Shown piece by piece: positions 28,010 through 40,869 of a stretch of DNA of 64,000 nt. Every line of letters begins with the position of its first letter. The stretch's first letter is position 1. A program made the translations under genes and the position numbers. A model generated the notes under the pieces. That model worked only from the letters and a program-made list of their open reading frames with translations, made no database searches and was not told where the DNA came from. Source of the DNA: Torpedo marmorata (Eukaryota). The DNA lies in assembly GCA_977017645.1 (NCBI GenBank), contig OZ360230.1, positions 74,152,001 to 74,216,000 of the forward strand, written 5' to 3'.

Positions 28010-28700
28010 ATGCCCACCACTCTCTTTGTGAAAAACTGCCCCTCAGGTCCCCTTTGAATCTTTCTCGTTACCTTATGCTCTCTTGTTATAGACTCCCCTA
28101 CCCTGAGAAAAGAGACTATGACCATCCCCCTGATCTATGCCCCTCATGATTTTGAAGCTCTGGAAAGTCATCTTTCAGCCTCCTTCACACCAGGGAGAAA
28201 AGTTTCAGCCTATCCTATTTCTCCTTACAACTCAAGCCCTCTAGTCCCAGCAACAGCCCTGTGCATCTTTTCTGCAGCTTATTTAGCTAAATCACGTTCA
28301 TCCTATGGTATGGTGACCAGAGCTGCACACAATATTCCAGGTGCAATCTCACTAACATCTTGTAAAATGACATCCCAACTCTTGTACTCAATGCCTTGTC
28401 CAATTAAAGCAAGCATGCTGTAATATCTTCTTCACCAAATTCATTAAAATTAAATAAAAATAAATTCACCACCTTGTCTACCTGTGTCGCCTCTTTCAGG
28501 GAACTCTCTACTTGTACCCCTCAGTCTCTGTTCTACAACACTGTGCAGGGCCATGTCATTCATAGTCCTCACTTAACTTCCTAAAGTGCATCACTTCATG
28601 CTTGTCTGAGTTAGAATCCATCTGTCATTCCTTTGCCTAGTTTACCAGTTGACCAAGATTCTGTTGCAATCTTAGATAACTTTCTTCACTGTCCACCACA
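28010..28700 (-). mobile_element. CR1 LINE 3' fragment
   Basis: Antisense CR1 words ggtgaccagagctgcacacaatattccag and cttcctaaagtgcatcacttc. Confidence 0.75.
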
Positions 28701-29094
28701 CTGCTGAATCATTGAGATTGGCCTGTGAGCCAAAATGGAATCAATGGTATGAATTGGTCTCCATCAATGTTTTAAAGAAATATGACTTAATAGGCAAATA
28801 AATGCTCCACTGATGTATTGATCTTCTGCATCTCTATCACATTTTATAGTCAAATTGATTGTTTTATGCTCTTATGACTGAAATTGTAACTTTGAGAACT
28901 AGAGAACTACAATTGGAATTATAGCCCCATTAATCCTTCTCTGGCATTATAGGAATATGGCAGAATGATAGATGTAAAATATTTCAACAATAAACTTGCA
29001 ATTTTTCTCCACAGTACTCTTAAAATGATAAATAAACTATGTGAAATATTCATTTGGTTGAATTGCCAATATCTTTCTGATTTACATAAATAGT

Positions 29095-29760
29095 GAAACA
29101 GAGGGATCTGAGTGCCCAAGTACATGATTCGCAGAAGGCAAATATGCAGATGCAGCAAGTAAGGAGGAAAATGAATAAAATGTTTTGTTTATTGTTGGGG
29201 GAACTGAATACAAAAGTGGGAAGTTATTTTTCATTTATGTAGGGCATTTATTGAGATTACATCTGGATAACACTATCCAGTATTGGTCTCCTTAGTGTAT
29301 TGAAAAGAGTTCAGAGGAAGTTTACTGGATTAATGCTTGGAATGGACAGGCTCTATTCTAAGAAAAGGTCGGCAGACTAGATGTATCTGCTGCAGTTCAG
29401 AAGAACAAGAAAAGACGACTGAAACATATGAGACCATGAGGGTCCTTGATAGGGTAGATGGCGAAAGGATGTTTCCTCTTGTGGGAGAATCCTGCAGAAG
29501 GGATCACCATTTAAAAGTAAGTGGTCACCCATTTAGGACAGAGATGAGGTGAATTTTATTTTCTCTCAGATGGTCATGTGTATTTGGAACTTTCTTGCTC
29601 AAATGGAGCAGTGTTTCAGTATTTTTTAAGGCACATGTGGGTAAATATCTGATAAGCACAGGGTTTAAAATACTGGGATTAGACACTCAAAACATCTGCG
29701 CTTTAATTGAATGTCAGAACAGACGAGAAGCTGAGCAGCCTACTCCTGCTCCTAATCCAA
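29095..29760 (+). mobile_element. CR1 LINE 3' fragment
   Basis: ETYETMRVLDRVDGERMFPLVGES...HPFRTEMR (ORF 29337-29552); ends cctactcctgctcctaat. Confidence 0.8.
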
Positions 29761-30179
29761 ATATTTCTTGGTTTGTATCTTGCAACAGGCTAGATAGAAT
29801 AGGATCATCCTGACTCAAAGGAATACCCCATATTTGGTCTAACTGAAGCATTATGAAAAATCATTCCTTGGTTTTATTCTCAGTGCCCTGACATGTAAAA
29901 TACAGGTCCATTTGCTTTTTAAACACTTTTAATTGTGACCTTCTCACTGTTAAACACCTATGTAGCAATATTCGTTTTTTTAAAAAAAATTCTCGATCCT
30001 GTTAGGGATTGTACTATCTGGACTGCATTTTCATTCACTAATCTTTCTCCAGACATAAACTATTTCACTTTTCTCTGCATTGAAATGAATCTGTACCTCA
30101 TTATCTACCCTTTGAAGTTATTTAATCTCCTGGTCTTATTTTGAAATCATGAAAAAATATTAATATTATTTTTCTAATA

Positions 30180-30700
30180 TGATGTATAGTGAGCAGTTTT
30201 GGGACCCGTATCTAAGGAAGGAGGTGCTGGCATTGGAGAGGGTCCAGAGGTGGTTCACAAGAATGGTCCCAGGGATGAGAGATTTAACATATGAGGAGCA
30301 TATGATGGCTATGGACCTGTACTCACCAGAGTTTAGAAGGATGAGGATGAATATTGAAAAGGTTGGATACAGTGGACGTAGAGAAGATGTTTCCAGTAGT
30401 GGAAGAGTCGAGGACCAGAGAACAGAGCCTCAGAATAAAAGGATGTCCCTTTAAACCAGAGACAAGGAGAAATTTCTTTAGCCAGAGGGTGGTGAATCTA
30501 TAGAATTGGTTGCCACAGACTGCTATGGATGCCAAGTAAGTGGGTATATTGAAAGCAGAGGTTGATAGTTTCTTGATTAGTAAGGGTGTCAAAGGTTATA
30601 GGGAGAAGGCAGGAGAATGGAGTTGAAAGGAAGAATACCAGCCATGATTCAAATGGCAGAGCAGTTTAGATGGACCAAATGGCTTACTTCTGCTCCTATC
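30180..30700 (+). mobile_element. CR1 LINE 3' fragment
   Basis: QFWDPYLRKEVLALERVQRWFTRMVPGM; 3' end aatggcttacttctgctcctat. Confidence 0.85.
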
Positions 30701-31222
30701 TCTAATCATATTACAATATCTTTGTTCAGATTCTTCATATAAATGGAAAATAAAAGTGATTTTGTTACCCGATCAGTTTAACCAAATATAACTTAGCTCT
30801 ATTTTTTGTTTTCGTGCTATAGCTTTCTTTTCATCCGAGTAGCTTTTCTCTATTACTGTCTTCTTACAACACTTTTTATACTTTAGATAGCTTTTATTAT
30901 CAGGGCATTATGGATGGCAGGGCAGATCTCACAAGCCTCACAAAATCTCATTTTTGTTTGTTCAAACATTTACCACATTACTCAGCACAAAAGAAATATT
31001 AGCATATTTTGAATGAGAGAGTAAAGTAACAGTCCTGGATATATTCTAAAAGTACTTCACAAGTTTGACCACAAAGTTTTGTCTTGTCCCAATTTACCTT
31101 ATCTTAATTATCTAAATTAAAATCTAATTTATCCAAATCCAAATATATGTTTTACTTACTTATCAGCACAACTGACAAAGCAATTGGATAATTTGTGTGC
31201 TCAACTGAAAGACTGTAAAAGG

Positions 31223-31491
31223 CAGGGCCGGCGCTACCATTAGGCCAACTAGGCAGCTGCCTAGGGCGCAGACCTCAGAGGGGCACTGTTGAAGAGAGAT
31301 TCCAACAGCTCCGGCACATCTGCGTCATGAATAACGTGGTTCTGACTAACGCGCTATAAGCACGCGCGTTAGTCTGGTAAGGCGGAGGGAGGAAGTGGTA
31401 CGGCACCCCCTCCCCGCTCAGCCCGGTCAGCACCCCCACCCCCACGCGCTCAGCCCGGCCTAGGGCGCAAAATAGTCTGTCACCGGCCCTG
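31223..31491. mobile_element. hAT MITE, perfect 8-bp TSD
   Basis: TSD gtaaaagg at 31215-31222 and 31492-31499; TIRs cagggccggcg / caccggccctg; subterminal ctagggcgca near both ends. Confidence 0.92.
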
Positions 31492-32386
31492 GTAAAAGGT
31501 GAATATAAATTTAAAGATAGGAAAACTTTAAATTATAACATGCAGAACATGTAAAAAATAAACTAAAAATGGAAATATGCTTTTCATAAAATTATTAATT
31601 AATCATTAAAAAAATATATCCCTGTGACTGTTGTAGTATTTATTTTTATTTATGCAACTCCAACAAATTGTGAAATGGAATAAATGCCAACATTAATGTA
31701 AATTTCATGCGAACAATTCCCCTCTATATTTCTGACACAGGGTTGACATGTATGCTTACTTCTTTACACAGACATATTTTGACTTATTCCAAACAGATAT
31801 GCATTTACGTTATACAACAGCCATAATGGATATATTAAAATGTAAAATGATACAATGGTAGAAAAACCCTTTCCTGCATTGTGCAGGCGTAGTTCATTGT
31901 AATGTTTTTTACATAAGAAAATATTATGAAAGTTAATGATTGAGAACATATGAGCAAAAGAGAAGAAAAAAATTAAATGCCACTGATAAGGAAACTAGAA
32001 AACTTCAGTTTGCCAGTAACTCATTTGGATTCTCTGGAGCACCATCAGATATGTACATTCTAAATTTAAAGTTACAAAAGGTCACCAAACAGATTTTATT
32101 TCGTTTCCCAAATTTACATATAACTCAAGTCCTTAGAAGTTCAGTTACACACTGAAGACAAAATAACATGGTATCAGATACTGAGAAAAAAAATCCAAAT
32201 TAAATTGATAGTTGCCCTCTTTTAATAAATGTATGTCATGCGGTTTTATTGTAAAAGCACCCAAAGTGGTTTAACCTCCAAAGTATTTTACTGTTCCTTC
32301 AGGGTGATCTGAGGAAAATTTGAGATCCAGGTACAGAACATTTGATCCATATTTTTCACTTTAGGATTGTGATTTTTTTTATGGAC

Positions 32387-32780
32387 TCTGATGAAGGATT
32401 TTTGACCTGAAACATTAGCTCTTTATATTTCCACAGATGTTGCATGACCTGCTGAATTTCTCTCGCATTTCTGTATTTATGTAAATGTACAATTTTAATT
32501 AAAGCTATTAACTAGGATAATGAATTTCAAAATTCCTTATTTAAATTATAATAATCATATAATATTCACTGTGATAAACAAATATAAGTTTATCATGGTG
32601 AATATGAATGAGTATTATAATTTAAATAAGAAATGTTTATATTCATTATCCCAGCTAAATAGCTTTAATTAAAGTTGTACATTTACATAAATACAGAAAT
32701 GCTAGAAAAACTCAGCAGGTCATGCTGCATCTGTGGAAATATAAAGAGCTAATGCTTCAGGTCAAAAATCCTTCATCAGA
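32387..32780. repeat. 394-bp near-perfect palindrome (193-nt arms, 8-nt loop) bounded by PLE hammerhead cores
   Basis: Arms 32387-32579 and 32588-32780 are reverse complements at about 90% by hand alignment; both start with tctgatgaaggatttttgacctgaa. Confidence 0.95.
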
Positions 32781-32796
32781 ACTAAGTATAATAGGT

Positions 32797-33460
32797 AAAA
32801 TGCAAGCTGCTGGAGAAACTCAATGGGTCAGCCAGAATCTGTGGAGGCAAAGAGATGGTCCATGTTCAGGTCAAAACCCTGCATCAGGATTGAGAGTGTA
32901 AAGAGCAGATAGCCAGTATAAAGAGGTGAGAGGAGGGATGAGGCAGGAGATGGCAAGTGATGTGGATCCAGGTGAGGAGGGGGTTGATGGTCAGATGGTG
33001 ACAGGTGGGGTAGGGGAGGACGGAGATAGTGACAGGGGCTGGGAGTTCATAAATGGAGTTAAAAAAGGGTGGTATTTTGATAAGATTCTGAGAAGATAGG
33101 AAAGTGAATAGTACAACCAGATGAGGGAGGGCTGGTGAATAGATGGAAACAGTAGGTGCAGGAGATAGGGGACCCAGTGTATTGTGTGCGTGGGGATAGG
33201 CAGATGGAACCAGTGGGGAAGGTGAATGAAACTGAGTAACTGGGGGCTGGGGGTTTTGAAAGAAGATTGTGTCAGTGGATCAGAAGACAAGAGAAAGAAA
33301 CCCAGGATGTGTGGGTTAGCTAACCCACACACCCTGTATTCCTTTCTAACTCTTTCTGATCCCTTTGCCTCCACGGATGCTGCCAGACCCACTGAGTTTT
33401 CAAGAATTAGGGTTTTTTTGCTCCAGATTCCAGCATCTTCAGTCTCTTGTGTCTCTAAAT
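32797..33460 (-). mobile_element. Penelope-like element remnant with inverted terminal copy
   Basis: Left gctggagaaactcaatgggtcagccagaatctgtggaggcaaag is inverted at right (ctttgcctccacggatgctgccagacccactgag); purine-rich interior; minus-strand CTGATGCAggg..cctGAA core. Confidence 0.7.
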
Positions 33461-33463
33461 ATC

Positions 33464-33709
33464 TTTTTTTTATATACAGTACAAACAGAACGGTAACAGG
33501 CCTTTCTGGCCCATGAGCCTGTGCCGCCCAAATACCCCAATTAACCTATGATCCCGGTACGTTCTGAAGGGTGGGAGGAAACCGGAGCATGTGGAGGAAA
33601 CCCACGCAGACATGGGGAGAACGTACAAACTCCATAAACACAGCAGCGGATTCGAACTCGGGTCACTGGCACTGTAATAGCGTTGCGTTAACCGCTACGC
33701 TAACCGTGG
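33464..33709 (-). mobile_element. Relatively young tRNA-derived SINE
   Basis: Minus-strand A-box region cggttagcgtagcggttaacgc, B box gagttcgaatcc (33648-33659), CpGs retained. Confidence 0.9.
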
Positions 33710-34699
33710 GTCTTTGGCATGCAACATTAATTGTTCCTCTTTCTACAGATGCTGCCTGATCTGTGAAGTTTTTTTTTCAGAATTTTCTGTTTTTATTTTA
33801 GATTTTCAGCAACTGCAGTTTTTTTTTATTTTCAAAATTGTAAACATGTTTGACATTACCAGTTGGCATATAGTTTTGGCTCAATTGTAGCATAGAAAAA
33901 CATACATGACTGTCTTTTGAAGATTTCAATTGCTCATGGTTTTTTCTTTTTTGTTATGAAGCTTTGAATAACATTAAGTAAAATGGTTGAATTTAATGCT
34001 CACAATTTTCTTTTAATGCTTCAACTTCCAGAAATCAGTAGTTATAGAATGATGGTTTATTCAGTGGAACTTACTTAAAGTGAACTTGATGTTGCGAATT
34101 TCCATTTATAGTGAAATAATTCCAGTCTCCCCTTCACAATATTTAAATGAATTTGGAAATACAGTAACTCATAATAAAATGGCTCTCTGCTGTAGAAGAG
34201 CTATTCTTCACTTGTTGCCCTTTAAACAGCAGTGGGAAGCATCTCATAGATTGTTGGAAATTGTTGTCTCCAATTTTAAAACATGCAGGGAGAAATTTGT
34301 TTATGGTCAACAGTTGTCAGTTGCATCTACCTCTGCATAATTGGTTCCACTGATGTCAGCAGCAGTCAATGGTGTTCGTGGTGTTGCTATCTGCAATTTT
34401 GTGAAAAAAAATCCCCACAACAATATAGCAAAATTAACTGTGTCAAGAACTTTCCTTTATTCAATGTCTGCTGCTGTCAGATGTTAGCTTGGAGAGAATT
34501 CTGACAGGCAACCAATGTAATGTTATCAAACTGCACGATATGCCAATCACATAAAAAAATTATAAGATTTGACAAATTGGGAAGAAAAAAACACAGGCTT
34601 AAAAATTCATTCAGATTTGTAACACTAAATATGCTGTAAAGAAACGCTTTCTGCCCTGCTTCAGAAGTTCAATTCCATAGATTTTGGAGATTAGAAATC

Positions 34700-36225
34700 G
34701 TGAATCTAGAAATCGTGGACGCATTGATAATCATTTTCCAATGTTCTATGGATTCAGGATCAGTTCCTGCGGATTGGAGGGTAGCTAATGTTATACCACT
34801 TTTTAAGAAAGGAGGGAGAGAGAAAACAGGGAATTATAGACCAGTTAGCCTGACATCAGTGGTGGGGAAGATGCTGGAGTCAATTATAACAGATGAAATA
34901 GCGGCACATTTGGATAGCAGCAACAGGATTGGTCCGAGTCAGCATGGATTTACGAAGGGGAAATCATGCTTGACTAATCTTCTGGAATTTTTTGAGGATG
35001 TAACTATGAAAATGGACAAGGGAGAGCCAGTGGATGTAGTGTACCTGGACTTTCAGAAAGCCTTTGATAAGGTCCCACATAGGAGATTAGTGGGCAAAAT
35101 TAGAGCACATGGTATTGGGGGCAGGGTACTGACATGGATAGAAAATTGGTTGGCAGACAGGAAACAAAGAGTAGGGATTAATGGGTCCCTTTTAGAATGG
35201 CAGGCAGTGACTAGTGGGGTACCGCAAGGCTCGGTGCTGGGACCGCAGCTGTTTACAATATACATTAATGATTTAGATGAAGGGATTAAAAGTAACATTA
35301 GCAAATTTGCAGATGACACGAAGCTGGGTGGCAGTGTGAAATGTGAGGAGGATGTGCTGGGTGACTTGGACAGGTTGGGTGAGTGGGCAGATGCAGGGCA
35401 GATGCAGTTTAATGTGGATAAATGTGAGGTTATCCACTTTGGTGGCAAGAACAGGAAGGCAGATTACTATCTGAATGGTGTCGTTAGGAAAAGGGGAAGT
35501 ACAACGAGATCTAGGTATGCTTGTTCATCAGTCACTGAAAGTAAGCATGCAGGTACAGCAGGCAGTGAAGAAAGCTAATGGCATGTTGGCCTTCATAACA
35601 AGGGGAGTTGAGTATAGGAGCAAAGAGGTCCTTCTGCAGTTGTACAGGGCCCTGGTGAGACCACACCTGGAGTATTGTGTGCAGTTTTGGTCTCCAGGTT
35701 TGAGGAAGGACATTCTTGCTATTGAGGGAGTGCAGCGTAGGTTCACGAGGTTAATTCCCGGGATGGCGGGACTGTCATATGTTGAAAGGTTGGAGCGATT
35801 GGGTTTGTATACACTGGAATTTAGAAGGATGAGAGGGGATCTGATTGAAACATATAAGATTATTAAGGGATTGGACACACTAGAGGCAGGAAACATGTTC
35901 CCGATGTTGGGGGAGTCGAGAACCAGAGGCCACAGTTTAAAAATAAGGGGTAGGCCATTTAGAACGGAGTTGAGGAAAAACTTTTTCACCCAGAGAGTTG
36001 TGGATCTGTGGAATGCTCTGCCTCAGAAGGTAGTGGAGGCCAATTCTCTGGATGCTTTCAAGAAAGAGTTAGATAGAGTTCTTAAAGATAGCGGAGTCAC
36101 GGGATATGGGGAGAAGGCAGGAACGGGGTACTAATAATGGATGATCAGCCATGATCACAGTGAATGGCGGTGCTGACTCGAAGGGCCGAATGGCCTACTC
36201 TCGCACCTATTGTCTATTGTCTATA
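34700..36225 (+). mobile_element. Young 5'-truncated CR1 LINE (RT domain and C-terminus, one frameshift)
   Basis: ORFs 34700-35578 and 35475-36134: NYRPVSLTS, YLDFQKAFDKVPH, SGVPQGSVLGP, KFADDTKL; tail (CTATTGT)n at ~36207-36224. Confidence 0.97.
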
Positions 36226-36469
36226 GATAGGATATAACACTGCTACTTTATATGACATTTAGTGCTATTATCTGGGATGAATGTTTAAGCAACAATTTTA
36301 AACATTCACATGACTAAAAGTCAAATTTTCATAAATAGTTTGAAAATTTCATACTTTAATAACTATCGTGTATTGAAATGTTACATGAGGTAATAACAAC
36401 GTAATTGCAAAGGGAGTTTTATAATGGTCAGAAAGTGTGCTAAGCAGGAATCATATCACTTAATCTCAT

Positions 36470-36900
36470 TTAAATTTATGCTGTCTTGGTACAGCAACAG
36501 GTCTGATTAAAGCCATTAATGACAACTGGTCGCACTATGACAAAGGTAATCCATCCCACTTTGTCTTTCTTGATCTGCCTGAAACCTTTTACAAGATTAA
36601 CTGCATATCCCACCTCCATTGCCCATCTACCATTGTCCAACTAATGGGGGTGCACTCCATTCTTAAAGTCCATTCACAGCCAGAGAATTGTAGCAGTGCC
36701 TCTTCTTCCTACAACTGCTTCATTACCTCTGGTATTCTCAAAGGTCTATCCTTGCTCTCTCCTTGCTTTCTCATTTGCATTTTGCCCATTGGCAACATCA
36801 TCCTAAAAAACAGCATCAGTTTCCATAACCATTCTGATGACACTGATTTAACTAACCACCATGTCTTTTTATTTTCCATTGTCTTTGAATTGTCAAAACA
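36470..36900 (+). mobile_element. Ancient L2 LINE RT remnant (5' part; continues at 40870-41390)
   Basis: Decayed L.K..ND, LDL, SG..KG, LPIGNII..SISFH..SDDT motifs of L2 RT. Confidence 0.6.
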
Positions 36901-36939
36901 CTACCTTGAATTGTATACAGTCCTGCAACTATTGTTGGG

Positions 36940-39900
36940 CAATGCATTGAACAGGACATTCAAGGTGCATTCAATAAGTGTACAACTTAATCATGGGTAA
37001 CTTTAATCTACGCGTAGTTCAGACTAACAAAATTAGTAATGATACAATGGAGGGGGAATTCACAGAGTGTACATGGGATGGTTTTCTGGAGCAGTATTTC
37101 AAGGAACCAAATAGAAGGTAGGTCATCCCAGAGAGGGCTTTGTGTAATGAGAAAGAATTAATGACCAATCTTGTGTAAGGCCCCCATGGGAAGGAATGAT
37201 CATATGATGTTATTCTTTTTTACATTCTGGGACCAGGATCCTGAATGTAAATAAAGGAACATTTGATAGTAAAGGGTGGGATTGGCCAACAGAAATGTTG
37301 GGGAACGTTACTTCTGGGGGAGACAGTGGATCGGCCGTGGCAAACATTTAAGGAGTGCATTGATGAACAACAATAATTGTACATTTCTTTCTGATCCATA
37401 AGTTAAACAGGTAGGATGACTCAACCAGGGCTAATGAGGGAATTTAGGGACAATATTTTAATCCAAAGTGGTACATAATAATTGGCCTAAAACAGCAGTG
37501 AGTTTGAGAACTGGGAACAATTTGGAACTCAGCAAAGGAGGACCAAGGGATTAACTAAGAGGAGGAAGATAGATTTTGAGAGTAAGCATACAGGTAATAA
37601 ATTGGATCATAAAAGCTTCTCCAGATATATGAAGAGAAAAATATTAGTGAAGACTATTATAACCCCCTTAATGTCAGGATCAGATGAATTAATAATGGGG
37701 AACAAAGAAATGGCAAACTAATTGAACAATTACTTTTGTTCTGGCTTCACAAAATAGAATATTTGACTTCCCATGAATAAAAACAGTATTAGCAGGGAAG
37801 CAATGTAAGGAAATTGATGAGAAAAAAGACTAATCACTCCCCAGGGCCTAAAATCAGAGTATTTAAAAAAAATAACATTGGTTGTCATTTTCTCACATTC
37901 TATGGACTCTCGATCAATTCTTTTGGATTAGAGGACATCTGATGTAAACCCAGTTCTTTTTTAAAGGAGCAAAATAGAAACCTTTATAAATTTGTTAGCT
38001 GGCCGTTAATAGTGGGGAAATAGTTGCAGGATCGATCAAGGGCAGCAAGGATTTCCAAAAGAGAAATCATGTTTGATAAACAAACTGATTTTTTTCAGAC
38101 TATAAAAAGCAGGATAAATGGGGGAGAACCAATGGATTTGATGTATTTGGATTTTCATAAGGTCCCACAGAAGAGATTATGATGTAAAATTAAAGCACAT
38201 GGGATTGGAGATGAATTTTAATTTAGAGATACAGCACGGTAACAGGCCCTTCTGGCACATGAGCCCATGCTGCCAAAATACAGCCTGTTCTATGATTTAA
38301 GGTACAAACTATTCTGAAATCCCAAGACAGAGCGCTGTGAGGTTCACAAATAAAGGTTGGGATGTAATGCTGCAACTTCACAAACCATTGGGCACCGTGT
38401 TACAGTTCAGAAGTGAAGGCTTTGGAGGGGGAGCAGAGGAGATTAAACTGGACATTGCCTGGGCTGGAAGGCATCAGCTTTAGCTAGAGTTTAGATAAAC
38501 TAAGATTGTATTCCTTGGCGGGAAGGAGGCTGGGATGTGACATGATAGAGGTATGCAAAATGTTGAGAAGCATAAATACGATAGTCAAAATGTAGTTCCC
38601 ATGATGATTGGAGTGTCAAATACAAGACAAAGTAGGTTTAAGTGAGAGGAAGAAGATTTGACGAAGAGTATGAAGTACTGACATGAATAGAGAACTAAAA
38701 ACACAAAATGCTGGAGAAGCTCAGCAGGTCAAACAGTGTTTCGGGCTTGAGCCCTTCATCAAAGTATGAGAAAATGCCAGCAGGCGTCCAAACAAAAGAG
38801 TGGGGGTGGGGGGGGGGAGGGGTGGCAAAGGCAGGAGTTGATAGGTGGAGAAAGGAGGGAGGGGACAGCAGCAATGAGGGGGAGGAGGGATGGCTGGGTG
38901 GGTGAAATAACTGGAAAGACAGGACAGGGGGGAAGGGAAAGAAAAGGCTAGCAGGTTTAGTGGAAAGCAGTAAAGTCAATGTTCATGCCATCTGGCTGGA
39001 GATTGCCCAGACGGAAAATAAGGTGGTGTTCCTCCAATCTGCGGGTAGTCAGGGTGGGATAGTACACAAGGCCATGGACGGACATGTGAGCGCGGGAGTG
39101 TGACTCGGAATTGAAATGGTTGGCCACTGGGAGGTCGCTGTTGTTGCGAACGGAGCGGAGGTGCTGAGCGAAGCGATCTCCCAATCTGCGACCGGTCTCT
39201 CCGATGTAGAGAAAGCCACAAAGGGAGCACCGGATGCAGTAAATAAGTCCTCTGGAAGTACGTGAAGTGTTGCTTCACTTGAAAGGCCTGTTTGGGGCCC
39301 GGACCGTGGTGAGGGAGGAGGTGTGGGCGCAAGTGTTGCACCTCCTGCCAGGAATAGAGAACTGGTTCATGAAATAAAGATGAGGAATAAACAGGTGGTC
39401 TTTTACCAAGTGGCAGCTGGTGACTAGTGAGGGGTTGCAGGGATCAGTGTTTAAACTCCAGCCATTCATGATACATATTCATGACTTAGATGAGGGAATA
39501 AAATGTGATATTAAGTTTGGAGATGACACATAGATGTGTGGGAGTGTGAGCTGTGGAGAGGATTTGGACAGGTTGAGTGAGTGGCTAAACACATGGCTGT
39601 ACAATGTGAATAAATGTGAGGTTATTAATTTTGATGGTAAAACCAAGAAGGCAGATTATTATTTAAATGGAATTAGATTAGGAAAGGAGGCAGTACAACA
39701 AGGCCTGAGTGACCTTGTAAACCGGTCGATTAAAGTCAGCAATGAAGGTGCAGCAGGAGGTTAGGAGGGCAAGAGGCAGCCACAGCAAGAGGGTTTGAGT
39801 ACAGGCCACGGATTTTTCACTGTAATTGTACAGGGCTGGTAAGGCCACATCTTGAGGGTTGTGGGCAATTTTGATCCCCTTATCTGAGAAATAGAGTAAC

Positions 39901-40290
39901 TGCAACGGATTCCATAGATGGCGGGACTGATGTATGAAGAGTTGATTTAATGGGATCGTCTTTGTTAGAGTTTAAAAGAATGAGAGGGGGCCTCATTGAA
40001 AACTAAAATCCTGATGGGACTGAACATATGAGATGCTGGAAGATGTTTCCAGTAGTGGGGAAATCGTGAACTAGGAGTATGGATGGAGGATTGCCTTGCA
40101 GGATGACATAATTTTCTTCATGCAAAGACTGGTGAACCTGTATAATTCCCTATTACAGAAGACAGCTGAGGCTAAACTATTAAATATATTTTTGAAAGAA
40201 CTAGTGACAGTCCATTCATTAAAGAGATCAGAAAATGCAAGGAAAACTCAGAAACAGGGAACTGAATTCAGCCATCATCATATTGAGAAA
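36940..40290 (+). mobile_element. Old CR1 ORF2 (APE to 3' end) split by nested insertions
   Basis: Decayed MG.FN, DGFLEQY.KEP, YLDF, KIKAHGIG (to ~38210); resumes VLT*IENW at ~38675/39352, GDDT, and 3' region to ~40290. Confidence 0.8.
38697..39351 (-). mobile_element. Penelope-like (Neptune-type) element 3' part: Zn-binding Cys motif, GIY-YIG endonuclease, terminal hammerhead-like core; 12-bp TSD
   Basis: TSD gaatagagaact at 38685-38696 and 39352-39363; minus strand RRCNTCAH..., LIYCIRCSLCGFLYIGETGRRLGDRFAQHLRSVRNNSDLPVANHFNS...EEHHLIFRLGNLQPDGMN. Confidence 0.92.
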
Positions 40291-40494
40291 CCTTAAAGGT
40301 TCACTGGACTATTTCCAGGGATAGCCTGCATCTACTCCCATTTTCTGTTTCCATATATTTCTCAATGTGTATAAACTTGCTCCAACTAAATATAGTGAAG
40401 GCCTTTCTCCTGTCCTGATCCTGTTTCCCTTTCATGGATTCCATCACTCCCCCTGCCAACTCACTGAATGTGAACTAAAGTGCTAGCACATGGG

Positions 40495-40855
40495 AGGCAC
40501 AATGTGCAACTGGTAGAGCTGCTTCCACACAGCTCCAGCCACCTGGATTCTATCTTGACCTCAGGTGTGGTAATGTGTGGAGTTTACAAGTTTTACCTCT
40601 GACAGTGTGTGGGCTTTCTCTGGGTGCTCTGGTTTTCTCCCATATTTCAAAAATATGTGGGTTGATAGCTTAATTAACCCCTGTAAATTGTCCTTAGTGT
40701 GCGGATGACTGGTGGAATTTAGGGTAGGATTGATCGGAATGTAAGGAGAATAAAATAGATTAAGGTAACATTAGTTGTGAGAATGGCTGTCTGAATCTGG
40801 TACAGACTCGATGGTCTGAAGGACCTGTTTCTGTGTTGCATCGCTCTATGACTCC
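40495..40855 (+). mobile_element. tRNA-derived SINE (HE1-like)
   Basis: ggcacaatgtgcaactggtagagctgct head; tgggtgctctggttttctccca body; 3' gatggtctgaaggacctgtttctgtg..ctctatgact. Confidence 0.75.
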
Positions 40856-40869
40856 ATTTCTCAATTTGA

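Noticed and set aside
32387-32780. Hairpin as a pre-miRNA or a selected structural RNA
   Set aside because: Much longer than a pre-miRNA, ends are repeat-derived, and mismatches show no G-U bias on either strand; kept only as an inverted-duplication finding
33640-33709. tRNA genes suggested by A/B boxes (also at 5090 and 12520)
   Set aside because: They are SINE heads followed by a shared SINE body; no acceptor stem or cloverleaf
35053-35989. Minus-strand ORFs of 131 and 153 aa
   Set aside because: Antisense shadows of CR1 ORF2, not independent genes
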